From Pocillopora damicornis (lineage: Eukaryota), in assembly GCF_003704095.1 (NCBI RefSeq), contig NW_020844059.1:186001-250000 (forward strand): a DNA stretch of 64,000 nucleotides, written 5' to 3'. Within the stretch, counting starts at the first letter, position 1, and each line of letters opens with the position of its first letter. The notes under the pieces are model-generated. The model ran no database searches. It was not told the origin of the DNA and saw only the letters and a program-made list of their open reading frames with translations. The translations under genes and the position numbers were made by a program. Shown here piece by piece: positions 11,702 to 24,132 of this stretch.

Positions 11702-14112
11702 ATGTTTTCAGTTCTTCTGAAGCCGTTGACAGCAATCTGTACATTATTGCCACTGGTCACCTCAATAAGAGTATCTACGAAGTATGGAGATATCGAAGGT
11801 GTCGTCGCTTCATATCCAAGAGTCTCGGGGCTCCGTTTTCAGTCTGTCAGCAAATTCCTAGGCATTCCTTTTGCTGCTCCACCGGTTGGTGAGCTTCGAC
11901 TCAAACCACCTGTACCTCCAGTTGTTTGGAGACCGCACATCCTTCCAACGAAAAAGCATGGAAACATTTGCATGCAAAACAGACAGTACGATTATTGGTA
12001 CAAAACGTTCGCTGAAAACTACTCTTACAGCGAGGATTGCTTGTACCTCGACGTCTACTCCCCAAATGTAAGCTCGAGTTTACCAGTCATGGTTTACATT
12101 TACGGTGGAAGCTTCACCAACGGTGCGGCTATCACATACCCGAGCGACATTTTGGCTCTGCACGGGGTGGTAGTTGTAGTGATTCAGTATCGTCTCGGTC
12201 CGTTTGGTTTCTTGACGACCGGCGACTCTTCGGCTCCTGGGAATTTTGCAATGCTGGATCAAGTCGAAGCACTGAAGTGGGTCCAGGACAACATTGAGAC
12301 TTTTGGCGGAAATTCTACCAAAGTGACGATATTTGGAGAAAGCGCCGGCGCGGCGAGTGTGAGCCTTCATTTACTTTCACCTATTTCGAAGGGTCTCTTT
12401 CACCAAGCCATTGTCGAAAGTGGGGTGGATTTGAGTTCCTTCGCGACTCAGCCCGTTTCGTTTGGCCTTCACTTTGCCAAAGAACTTGCTCAAAAATTAA
12501 AGTGCACTACAAACAGCTACAAAAATATGGTCTCTTGCATCCGCTCGAAGAGTGCTGTGGAAATGCAAAACGCTGCCGAAATGTTAACGTTTAAGCTCAC
12601 CGATTATCTTATGTGGGCGCCGGTAGTAGACAACCATTTCCTTCTCGCGGACCCACGAGAACTGCGTGAAAAAGGAGAGTTCAAGAAAGTCAAGTTAATG
12701 ATCAGTTTCATGAGTCACGAGGGTGCATCGTATCTTGGACCTGTCGCCAAATGGTCTTTTGGACTACAGGAAAATGTGGAAGACGGAGTCAGTCCAGCCT
12801 TTTTCAAGGAATTCTTAAAGGCATTCGCTCGTGTTAGCGTTACCGAGTGAGTCACTTAATATTATCAGCATTTTTTAAAATTTGTGCTTCTGTTTGGTTT
12901 TGGCACTTACTAGGTCAAAGGCTAGCGAAGGGCCTGATGCATCCTTGCCTAAGCGCAACTACATGTCAAATTTGACACGTTCTTTTTGTATGTCAGAAGT
13001 TGATGTTCTGTCTGATAGATCAACGGCCCTGTATATGTTATGGAAGTCACACGGACCGTATATTATAAGAGATGCACTGCTCAAAAAGTAACACTGCTTT
13101 TCAGTGTTGTCAGCAGTGTGATATTATTACTGCGTATCCCTAGCAGGTCGCTAGTATGTTCCATAATTATGTAATTTTGCGTGCCATGGCACACGAAACG
13201 CTTTCAGTCACACAACCACAATGCACGTCAGTCACGCTTGTCACGCTACGTGTCATATTCATCCCTTATATCAATTGTTCGTTTATTGTCGCACGTTTAA
13301 CGCTGCATTTCGTCCGGTACATCACAGCTGTCACAATATATGACAAACTACATGTCACTCCGCGTATTACGCTACATATCAGTCGTTTCAAGGCACTACG
13401 TGTCACGCTCTCTCAGCTCATATCACGCTTAATGAGACATGTAATATTCTGTATCTCTTAGATGTTTGATCACTTTATTACCTTTAGGAAGAAGAATGCT
13501 GACCTCATCGCAGACGCGCTGGAGTTCATGTACATCCCGTGGCCTGATAATAGTGACAAATACGCACTAAGAAGTCAACTTGTAGACTCAATTGGTGATA
13601 GTGCGTTCGTCGCACCGAGTCACGAAGTCGCCGATATTCACAGCCAGTATGCCGAGGTCTTCATGTACGAGTTTGCGCACCGCTCAAAGTATGGCAGCCA
13701 TTATGCTGAATGGATGGGCGTGGCACATGGGGAGAACCTTCCTTTTGACTTCGGTATCCCGATGCTGCCGAATTTTCCTGAATATGATGAAGCCGATAGA
13801 AACATCAGTTTCTTTGTCATGGCACTGTATAGAAACTTCGCCAACTTCGGCAATCCAACGCCGCAACCAGTCAGCGGTGTTATGTGGGATAAGTACAACT
13901 CAAGCCGCAGGGCCTATCTCCGAGTGAACACCAAACCCAAGATGGCGGCTTCGTTCGCTCCTCGTCGAATGTCATTTTGGAATAATTATCATCCCAAACT
14001 GAAAAAGACGAATTTTGATTTGAAGAGAGCCGTAGTCGGTGGAGTAAGCTCTAATGTAGTTTTGGCAACATATCTCCAGCTTGGAGTTATTATCTGTGCA
14101 ACAATAGTCTGA
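11702..14112 (+). CDS. Carboxylesterase paralogue 3; exons 11702-12846 and 13488-14112
   Basis: Phase-2 intron GA|GTGAGT ... TTTAG|G at the same position as in paralogue 2. Motifs YGGSF, GESAG, FMSHEG, GVAH. Confidence 0.92.
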
Positions 14113-14143
14113 AGTAACAAACATGATCTTATCATACCACCAA

Positions 14144-14145
<2 letters not shown>

Positions 14146-14178
<33 letters not shown>
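14146..14178. repeat. (TA)n microsatellite just 3' of paralogue 3
   Basis: Uninterrupted AT dinucleotide run. Confidence 0.95.
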
Positions 14179-14181
<3 letters not shown>

Positions 14182-14244
14182 GAGATGATCTCACTGACTC
14201 TCCCGTAAACCTCTCCAGCCAAAGCTTTGATATTAAGGATGAGA

Positions 14245-14521
14245 AGGGGCTGGTCATTATTTTTCGCCTAGGAGATTGAAGGGGGGGGGGGGGGGTAGTT
14301 TGGAGGATTTTTAATTTTTCACGTTAAATTGTTCCCAATCCCCATAGGCTCTGTATTATGATCCACCCTTACTAGAAGTTAATTGGCGGTCAATTTTCAT
14401 TAGCCCCCCCCTTTTTAATTACTTTGTTGGCAGCGACTGATCCCTCGTCTATTTCCCCCTGAAAACCATGTGACCCTCACAGAATCCTCCAACTGCCCTC
14501 GAAAATAAATGGCTAGTCCCT
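14245..14521. mobile_element. G/C-run-containing MITE; related copies near 4890-5170, 6470-6680, 925-957 and 39678-39796
   Basis: Imperfect TIRs AGGGGCTGGTCATTATTT / AAATAAATGGCTAGTCCCT. Internal motifs GGAGGATTTT and GAAAACCATGTGA recur in the other copies. Confidence 0.7.
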
Positions 14522-15289
14522 TATCACTTTGCAATTTACTTTCGTTTCATTTTTTGTTTAACCTTAATTTTAGGTTAAGTTAGACATGAAACGGAAATTG
14601 TTTATCTAAAGCACTAAATAATGAAATTTTCAGAGCGACAACTATTCATTTACTTTTTTTGCATGCAAACCTTCTTCACAATACAACTGTGGTAACACAA
14701 CATCCCCATGTGGTGTAATGAAAAGAGTCACGTAGAAATTTGTCATGAATAGAATAGAGAAAAATTAGAAGGGTATTATCTAAGATGTAGAGCAGGCTAT
14801 AAATTCGATTACTGCACACACGAATTCTATGAAAATTTTATTTTCAGAGGAGCCAAGTTTACCTCGATGAAAAATCTCACCGTCAAATATATAACTCTCA
14901 CTAACCGTGTTTAGGGTCCATAGTGTAAATTGCACGCCAGTTTTTTTCCGCTCGGAAATATGGCCTATGTGCAAGGTATGGGGCCATAAATCCGAGAGCA
15001 AAAAACCAGGTTCCGTAACTTACAATACGGACCGAGAAATCGAGGTTAGCAATGTATTTCTTATATATCTGAGTTAAAATGGAGGGGAAATATGCCAATT
15101 AAAACAAGCTTTTGAATTTAGTGAGCCATACGGTGAAATACAGCCCGCTAAACTGACCAATCATGGCGCAAATACTAGCGAAGAGTGTTATCGAATGTAA
15201 CTTTAACGCAAAAGTCAGAAGCAAGCTTCACTGAGGTAAGTTATACAGATATAATGTCCATGTATTATTTTCAAACATTTTCTCAAGTC

Positions 15290-17585
15290 TCATTTTAATG
15301 TCCTAAAAATGCCAAAGGAAAGAGCGGTGAGAAAAAATGTTGTGCTGCATACATTTTCGCCGGTACCACTAGCCACATATTCCTTCGTATCAAACTTGAC
15401 TTGTTCAAGCTTTGGATAGTAATCATTCCAGAATGCCATTCGACGCGGGGCAAAGGACGCCGCCATCTTAGGTTTCGAGTCAGCTCGTAGATACGCCCTG
15501 TAGCTTGAGTTGTATCTCTTCCACATAACACCGCTGACTGGCTGTGGCGTTGGATCACCGAACTTAGCAAAGTTTGTGTACAGCGCCATAATGAACAAAC
15601 TGACGTTTTTGTCATCTGCGTCGTAACGGGAAGAAAACGGTGGGATTAGAGGAATTCCAAAGTCGTAATGTCTATTGGCACCATGGACCACGCCCATCCA
15701 CTTCGGGAGCTTAGTAACCGTTTTTGAACGATGCGCAAACTCGAGTATGTATACCGGAGCAACCGAACTGTGAACATCGGCGGACTGGTGACTAGGTGCA
15801 TAGAATACGAAATCGCCGAAGAGGTCCATAAGTTGACCCCTTAGTGCGTATTTGTTGCTTTTATCAGGCCACGGGGTGTACATAAACTCCAGGGCATCCG
15901 CAATAAGGTTTGCGTTTTTTTCCCTGCGCGAGAGACAAGAAAGCAGAGAAGAGAATTTCTGATTGAGATACCTAGGATGAAACTTGGAGCGACGTATTGA
16001 ATACTAAGCAAAACTAGGAGTGTAGTATGTTTTCGTATTAGTCAAATGAAGGATTCCCATTTCTCTAAGCTGAGGGCATAAATAATGTAGGGACTGGATA
16101 CAAGTCTATCCCCAGTTTCGTTCCCAGGTCTCCTGTATGTACCAATTCGAAATGAATGTAAGATATCTAAGGAAAGAGCCCCTCAAGGGGAGGGAACAGA
16201 GCAGGAGACCATACGACGAATAGATATAGCTCATTATGGTTATTGGAGGCACTTTCGGACCCCACTGGAGGGATAACGCTTAACGAGAACGCGAGTAACA
16301 CACGCAGGAGAGCAGAACCGCGAGGATGACTTCTCGTGACTTCTCACTTACATGTTCTGGTCTAAATGAAAAAACCAACTTATTTTACCGAGTAAATCAT
16401 CGAAATCTTGGTTAACCGCAAATTTTTCTATTGAATCTACCAGCTGATTATTCCCAAACGCTTAATAACAAAATTCTCTTTTTCTTACCTACTGGTCTGA
16501 CTATGCGCAAATTGTGTTATGTGTCCTTTGAAGAAAGACTGACTCGATCCGTTGACTAAATTTCTAAAGGTTGTTCCACCCTCCTCACTGTTAAAAGTAA
16601 TCATAAATTTGGCTTTCTCAAACTTTCCTTTGTTTCGAAGATTCCGGGGGGTGTCAAGAAGAAAGTATTTGTCCACAACTGGTGCCCAACGTAGGTATCC
16701 GGTAAAAATATAGGTTATTGAGTCGGATGCGTCTTGTATCTCCTTCGCTTCTTTCTGGCGAATACAGGCCATCATTTCGCTGTGGTCGCTCGTTGGACAG
16801 TCCAGGTATCCAGCAAGCTCATTGGCAAAGCGGAGACCAAAGGAAGTCGGCTGGATTGCAAAAGGACTCAAATCCACCCCGCTCTCTGCAATGGCTTGTT
16901 GGAAGAGGCCCTCAGACATTGGAGACAGTAGATGGAGGCTCACACTTGTTCCACCAGCGCTTAATCCAAAGATGGTCACCTTGCCGGGATCCCCGCCAAA
17001 ATTTTCAACGTTCTCTTTAACCCACTGAAGTGCCGCGACTTGATCCAGCATTCCAAAATTACCAGGAGATGCAGAATCCCCTGTAGTCAGGAAGCCAAAT
17101 GGCCCGAGACGATACTGAGTGATGACTACCACCACCCCATGTAAAGCCAAAATATCCCCGGGAAATGTGACTGTAGCTCCAAACTCATACGATCCGCCGT
17201 GAATGTAAAACATCACGGGTAGTTTCGATTTGATATCTGGGGTGTAGATGTCGAGAAACAAGCAGTCCTCGCTGTACGTGAAATTGTGGACAAACTTTTT
17301 GAACCGAACTTCATAGGCCTTGCCTTGCCAGCAAACGTTTCCGTGTCGTTTAGCTGAACGAACTTTAGGTTTCCATTTAAGAGGCGGTTCTGGTGGCTTA
17401 AACCTAAGCTGTGAAGTCGGTGGAGCAGCGAATGGAACGCCAAGGAACTTGTTGACGTGCTTGTACGCGAAAGAAAAGTTGGCGTACGAAGTTACAAAAC
17501 CTTCGAGATCTCCATTCTTTGTTGACACTGTTACAGAAGCGATTGAGGGCAACCAGACACAGAACACCGTCAATCTTATGAGCAT
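15290..17585 (-). CDS. Carboxylesterase paralogue 4; exons 17585-16489 and 15923-15290
   Basis: ATG at 17585 (MLIRLTVFCVWLPSIAS signal peptide). Phase-2 intron AG|GTAAG ... CGCAG|G. Motifs HGGSY, GLSAG, FNSEEG, GVVH. Confidence 0.91.
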
Positions 17586-18858
17586 TCTGGCCCTCAGAAT
17601 GTTCAAGGTTAATGAGTTAATTTTGTTTTGTCGCGAAGTACACCATTGCGTGATAAATTTTCCTCTCAAATTTCCTAATAAGACTTATTTGTCATGTCAT
17701 TGTGGAACGTCACGTCATTGAGGGCTCTCATGTAATCCGTGATGGTAAACCCAATGATTCTATCTACATATCATCCAGACTGATTTGTTTCGTCGCAAAT
17801 GCCGAAGGATGCTCATATTATCTGATTTCTATTTTTAAAACCTTTATTTCCTTCCCATCTACGTAATACTAGAACGTGATTGCAAAGGTCATTAATAATA
17901 ACATAGCTTTATACGTCATAGATTGATCATGTGGTTCATGATGGGTAAACAACAGTGGCAGCCGTATTAAATACATAAAATTATCCACAAGGGAAGTGGG
18001 TTTCTGCTGTCCGTCATTGTTTTTATGGTAAGCGAGAAGTTAACTAAATAAGAAACGTTGTTTCGTTTTCGGCATGGTAATTGTAGGGGTGTTGTGGCTT
18101 CAACCTCACACTGACCTGTTTTTATCCGTGAATCTCCTTAAAACATGTAACGAGCCTGTTGTCAACATGCTCCTCTCGATAATCGATCATCATTAGGTTC
18201 CCTTGTTCTCTACAGACTACGGGTTCTGCTAGTACCCTTACGAGAACGTCACGCAACGCTTCCGAAACTTCTTTTGTATTAGAATTGCGTGACATCCCAA
18301 GAAAGGTAAGACATGACTTTCATTGAAAATGAGTATGATACTGCTACCTAAAGGGAGAGGTCCTCTGCTTTCAAAGGGCAATTGCAACGCAGGTAACATC
18401 TTCCCATAACTGAGAAAGCTTTAATTCCTTTGGAAACATAATTGCGCTGCACATGCGTATAGGATAAACGGATGACATTTTGTTCCACTCCAACCGGCAA
18501 AAAACAGGTCAGATATCATTCTAATGCTAATTTTATCCAGAAAACAAATAATTCCCTTTCCCCCGCCCTTTCCCGTAATAAGAGGGAAATATTGAGGATA
18601 CTGTTTATGGGTGCACACTTCCATTTAAAATGTTCAGCTTGTTAGCATCACATTGTTCGAAGAGAAATGACGTGTTGTACGGAATTTTTCGAAAAGTATT
18701 TGTATCATGGCCCTCTAAAATGCCATAAACATCACATCAGAAAGGTTAATCCAGAAGCAACCACCACTTATTGTAACAGACCTTTCTTAAAACAGCCATT
18801 CTATCAGAAATTGCTACTCGGCTAAAAAAGATTTACTTTCGCGAGCCGAAAGTCTTCC

Positions 18859-20990
18859 TCAGTGCAGCACCATCGAAAAAACCGCGAATGCAATAAGAAC
18901 AAACTTTGCCAGAGCAGAGGCACAGCCAGCATCACTAATTACCACTGTCTCTTTTTAAACTTGACTTCCATCAGCTTGGGATAATAATCATTCCAGAACG
19001 ACATTCGGCGAGGAGCAAACGAAGCTTTCATCTCGGATTTTTTGTCCATCCGGAGATAAGCCCTCTGACTGGAGTTGTACCTCTCGAACGTAACATCGCT
19101 GACTGGCTGGGGTGTTGGATTGCCGAGCTTGGCAAAGTTTGTGTACATTTCCATTATAAACAAACTGATGTCTTTGTCACACTGGTCCGGAAACAAATTT
19201 GCAAAACGAGGCATCAACGGGATTCCAAAATCGTAGCCAACGTTATCGCCGTGTTGTACCCCGTACCACGCCTTGTGAAGGGGGCGTACTCTTTGCTGAT
19301 AATCGAACATGTACATATAGACGTCGGCATACTTGCTTTGAATATCGGCGACTGCGTGACACGGGGCATATGCCAAAGAGGTCAATAAGCTGAGTTCTCA
19401 GCGCGTATTTATCGCTGCTGTCGGGCCATGGGGTATACATAAACTGCAACGCATCTATTATGAGGTCACCTTTCTGCTTTCTTAAAGGAAAGAAAGAGAA
19501 CAATCGTTTTAATTTCAGTGTTTGTAAATGCTTTCCTCGCTTTCGCCGCATTTACCCAGACTAGGTTTCATTGACATGTGTCTGGACTTTCTGAGATGTT
19601 TTTTCATGTACTTTGTTAACAAGTAATAACATATTTTATCTTGTAATTTGGTACAATAAGCACTTCAAAGACTTCAAATTGCACCTGCCCTCGGGCTTGT
19701 GTAATTTTTTTTGAAAATTTATTCGTGTTTATTGACACCAAATTGAACTCCAAATCATGCTATTTCCTATACGTATTTGACAGATACTCCTTTAGTGCGC
19801 TTTGAATTTGAGATGATAGCGTTGCGCCGAGTTGGCTGTAGCCAAACTCGTATCTAACGAGCGCGAATGGAATCATTGTTTTTAATTGTCAAATTTCATT
19901 TACTCCTGAAAGTTTGGTCATTCATTTTATTGGTGCGTGTCATTGTAACGTCACCTGCGTTAGGAAAATTCCTTCCTCTCGAGGTTCTAAATTTAAAAAA
20001 TGTCAAAAAACTCTTTCAATTTTTAAACAGAAATATTTTCTAGGAAGGAATTTTTTTGGTGTATTTCCAATTGTACTTTTGCGCTTATTCCCTTTGGAAT
20101 GTTATGTGTCGGTTATAACGTCATCTATGCTAGAAAACTTTTCTATAAGAGACGCGACTTAGTTCAAAAACTCCTTTCCTCATTAGCACTTTTTACAATA
20201 TGGAATTTTTCCAGCAAGACTCCGAGTTCTCGTGAAGAGTAAACAATTTTAGTATAACAGATAACTTAATTTACCCCATATTTCGAGAGTCCACAAAATT
20301 TGTTAGAAATTCCATAAAGAAAGAGGGACTCACTCCGTTGTCTACACTTTGTGCCATCCCATAGGAAAAGTTTGCCATAATACCCAATGTAGCTCCAAAT
20401 TCCTCACCGTTAAAAATGTTAATTGGCTTGACTTTCTTAAATTCTCCTATGTTTCGCAGATTCCGCTGGGGTGTCAAGGAGAGAGTTTTTATCCACAACA
20501 GGTGCCCAGCCCAAGTATCCTGTGTAAAGCGTCCTCTATCTCCTTCGTTTCTTTCTGACGAATGCAGGCCATTATTTTGCTGTGGTCGCTCTTTGGACGG
20601 TTCAGGTTTTCAGCAAGCTCACTGGCAAAACGGAGACCGGCTGAAGTCGGCTGAATTGCAACGGGACTCAAATCCACCCCGCTCTCTCCAATGACTTGAT
20701 GGAAGAGGCCTTTAGACAGTGGAGACAATAAATGGAGGCTAACACTTGTTCCACCGGCGCCTAATCCAAAGATGGTCACCTTGCCGGGATCCCCTTCAAA
20801 ATTGTTTTTGTTTCCTTTAACCCACTTGAGTGCCGCCACTTGATCTAACATTCCATAATTCCCAGGGGCAGCGGAATCCCCGATCGTTAAGAAGCCGAAC
20901 GCACCAAGACGGTATTGAATAACAACAACTACCACACCCTGAAGAGCCAAGTAATCGCCGCGATGCGAGATTGCAGTTCCATACTCATAA
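18859..20990 (-). pseudogene. Carboxylesterase pseudogene (paralogue 5), a 5'-truncated inverted copy most like paralogue 6
   Basis: Homology begins abruptly near 20990 (YEYGTAISHRGDYLAL). The catalytic Ser is replaced by Gly (GLGAG). Frameshifting indels near 20520, 20465, 19375 and 18955. The intron and the sequence after the stop (TGAGGAAGACTTT) match paralogue 6. Confidence 0.9.
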
Positions 20991-21786
20991 GCTCTTTGCT
21001 CTTTTTACAAAAGTAACACTGCTAGCATACACAGTATATTTTTTTAGAGTCGTATTTCAGAACTGTGTGTAGTAATCTAACCTATTGCCCCTCTCGTTTT
21101 TCGTAATATGATGATATTGGTTTCAATTTCAAAATTAGTTCGTTGATATCGATTTAGCATCTCGCTTGGACTTCTATTGTCATTAGTCATGATCCTCGAA
21201 AATTAAAAACGGTTAATCATTAACTTCTCTCGCCAGAAAATCTATTTTATTTATGTATTTCCTTGCTTACTTTTGCATATCATGCAAAAAATTTTGACAC
21301 GGCTCCTACGCACGTCAAAGACTATGACAGTCTCATTTCATTCATGGAAATTGCGATAAGTGTCATTTGATCCGCCTAAAGCGGCCTTATGGGAGAAAGG
21401 CCGTCTTACGCAAACAAACACGTTGTGAAAAGCCAGATATGCGCAGTAAGAAAATATAAGATATCAGGAAAAGCCCTCATTAAAACATCCATCATCTTAG
21501 ATCTATAGAATTTTGCAGTGCTTGTAAAACGAAATTTCCCTATGCTTCGTTTCCTTCTGGATGAGGCCTTTCCAGACATCTAGATAAACAAAAAAAGCCA
21601 TAACTTGACGTCATAGATATTTCAAGCAACTTCAAGTTGTTTCATGTCTATTTCAAGCTGTTGCAACATTACCACGCTATCAGGTGACACGAATACACAG
21701 TGGATTAGCGAGTCAAGCCAGCTTCAAACGTGTGAAGAGAATTTGAGTGAAACCAAAGGAAACGTTCCCACTCAAACTAAGGCACA

Positions 21787-24132
21787 ATGATTTCGACAAA
21801 ACTTTTACCACGTTTATCAATTTTCTGCGTCTTTCTGCCTTTAGTCACGTCGGTGAGGGTGTCCACAAGCTATGGTGACGTCGAAGGTCTCGAGGAATCG
21901 TATCCGAATTCTTCTTTCACTTACAAGTCAGTCAGCAAATTCCTCGGGATTCCATTCGCAGCTCCACCAGTTGGCGACCTCAGAATGAAAGCACCAAAAG
22001 AGCCAGCTTCTTGGAAACCAAATGTACGCCAAGCTAAACAGCACGGAAATATTTGCGTGCAAAAGAAGACCTTCGAATATCTTTTGCGGTTCTTTACTCA
22101 AAATTTTACCTACAGCGAAGATTGCCTATATCTCGATGTCTACAGCCCGAACGTGAGCCAGCATCTACCCGTAATGGTTTACATTCATGGAGGAGGCTAT
22201 GAGTATGGAAGTTCAGTCACATACCCTGGCGATTACTTGGCTCTCCAAGGCGTAGTAGTTGTTGTTATTCAATACCGTCTTGGTACGTTTGGCTTCCTGA
22301 CGACCGGGGATTCCGCTGCCCCTGGGAATTATGGAATGTTAGATCAAGTGGCGGCGCTCAAGTGGGTCAAAGATAACATAAAAAATTTTGGAGGGGATCC
22401 CGGTAAGGTGACCATCTTTGGATTAAGCGCTGGTGGATCAAGTGTTAGCCTCCATTTATTGTCTCCACTGTCTGAAGGCCTCTTCCATCAAGTCATTGCA
22501 GAGAGCGGAGTGGATTTGAGTCCCTTTGCAATTCAGCCGACTTCCTTCGGTCTCCGCTATACTAATGCGCTTGCTGGAAACCTGAGCTGCCCAACGGGCG
22601 ACCACAGCGAAATGATGGCCTGCATTCGTCAGAAAGAGACAAAGAAGATACAAGACGCTTCCGAAAAAATAACCTTAAGTTCTGTTGAATACCTGGACTG
22701 GGCACCAGTTGTGGATAAAAACTTTCTTCTTGACACCCCCCGGAATCTGCGTAACAAAGGAGAGTTTAAGAGAGCTAATTTAATGATCGTCTTTGCCAGT
22801 CAGGAGGGCGGATATTTTCTGGGTATGATGACAAACATGTCCTTTGGGATGGCACAAAGTGTAGACAACGGAGTCAGTCCCTCTTTCTTCAAGGAATTTC
22901 TAACAAAATATGCGCACGCTCAGAATATTGGGTAAGTTAAGTTATCTGTTATAACTGCTTTTTGTCACAAGAACTTGTAAAGTGCAAATATGAACAAATA
23001 TGACAACTTTCTTCTTGAAGTTTTTGAACGAAAACATGTTATGTGTAAAACTTTTGAACGAAGTTTTTCTAGCTTAGATGAGGTTACAATTTCACACACA
23101 GAATGTTATGGGAAAAGAGAGCAAATGTGCAAATGAAAAACTATGACAAATTTCTTCTGGAAAAATCTTTCTGTCACAAAATTGACATCTCATTAGTTTT
23201 TGACATTGTAAACGTAAAACTTCGATAGAAGGAATTTCCCCTACGCGGATGACGTTACAACGACACGCACCTTTGAAACTTGAAAGGGTTTTTACAACTT
23301 GGTAATTCTACTCTATCAGGGTTTCCTCTTCAAGCGTCTTTTGACCTCAGTCCTTAATTAACAAAAGAGCTCTGAAAAATATCCGCATAGGGCAATATAT
23401 GTGTCAATGATAACAAGCCAGGGTAAACGCGACTCAAGCAAGGAAAAGCTTTTACTAACTCTGAAATTAAAATGATTATTCTCTTTCTTTTCTTTAAGAG
23501 AGCAGAAAGGTGACCTCATAAGGGATGCATTGCAGTTTATGTATACCCCATGGCCTGACAGCAGCGATAGATACGCGCTGAGAACCCAGCTCGTTGATCT
23601 CATCGGTGATCAGCTTTTCTACGCCCCAAGTCACGCAGTCGCCGATATCCACAGCAAGTATGCCGATGTTTACATGTCCATGTTCGATTATCAGCAAAAA
23701 GTACGACTCCGTCACAAGGCGTGGTACGGAGTACAACACGGCGATAATGTTTTTTTTGAATTTGGAGGCCCGTTCATGCCTCGTTTTGCAATTTTGTCTC
23801 CGGACCAGTCGGACAAAGACGTCAGTTCGTTTATCATGGAAATATACACAAACTTTGCCAAGTTCGGCAATCCAACACCCCAGCCAGTCAGCGGTGTTAC
23901 GTTCGAGAGGTACAACTCCAGTCAGAGGGCTTATCTCCGGGTGGATAACAAATCCGAGATGAAGGCCTCGTTTGCTCCTCGCCGAATGTCGTTCTGGAAT
24001 GATTATCTTCCCAAGCTGATGGAAGTCAAGTTTGAAAAAGAGACAGTGGTAGTGAGTGATGCTGGCTGTGCCTCTGCCATGGCAAAGTTTGTTTTCATTA
24101 CATTCACTTTTTCATGGATGGCGCTTTATTGA
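21787..24132 (+). CDS. Carboxylesterase paralogue 6; exons 21787-22931 and 23499-24132
   Basis: Phase-2 intron GG|GTAAG ... TTTAAG|A. Motifs HGGGY, GLSAG, FASQEG, GVQH. Signal peptide and hydrophobic tail. Confidence 0.92.

Noticed and set aside
17586-17669. N-terminal extensions from TTG/GTG starts (also 3396-3458)
   Set aside because: Eukaryotic genes; the downstream ATGs directly open signal peptides.
2277-23962. Many short antisense or alternate-frame ORFs overlapping the esterases
   Set aside because: Shadow ORFs; their mutual similarity simply reflects paralogy of the real genes.
1635-24132. Neuroligin or true acetylcholinesterase annotation
   Set aside because: The catalytic Ser is present and there is no TM-plus-cytoplasmic PDZ tail, so these are not neuroligins. 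The omega loop is shorter and four of the five intact copies lack the choline-site Trp, so AChE is not supported.
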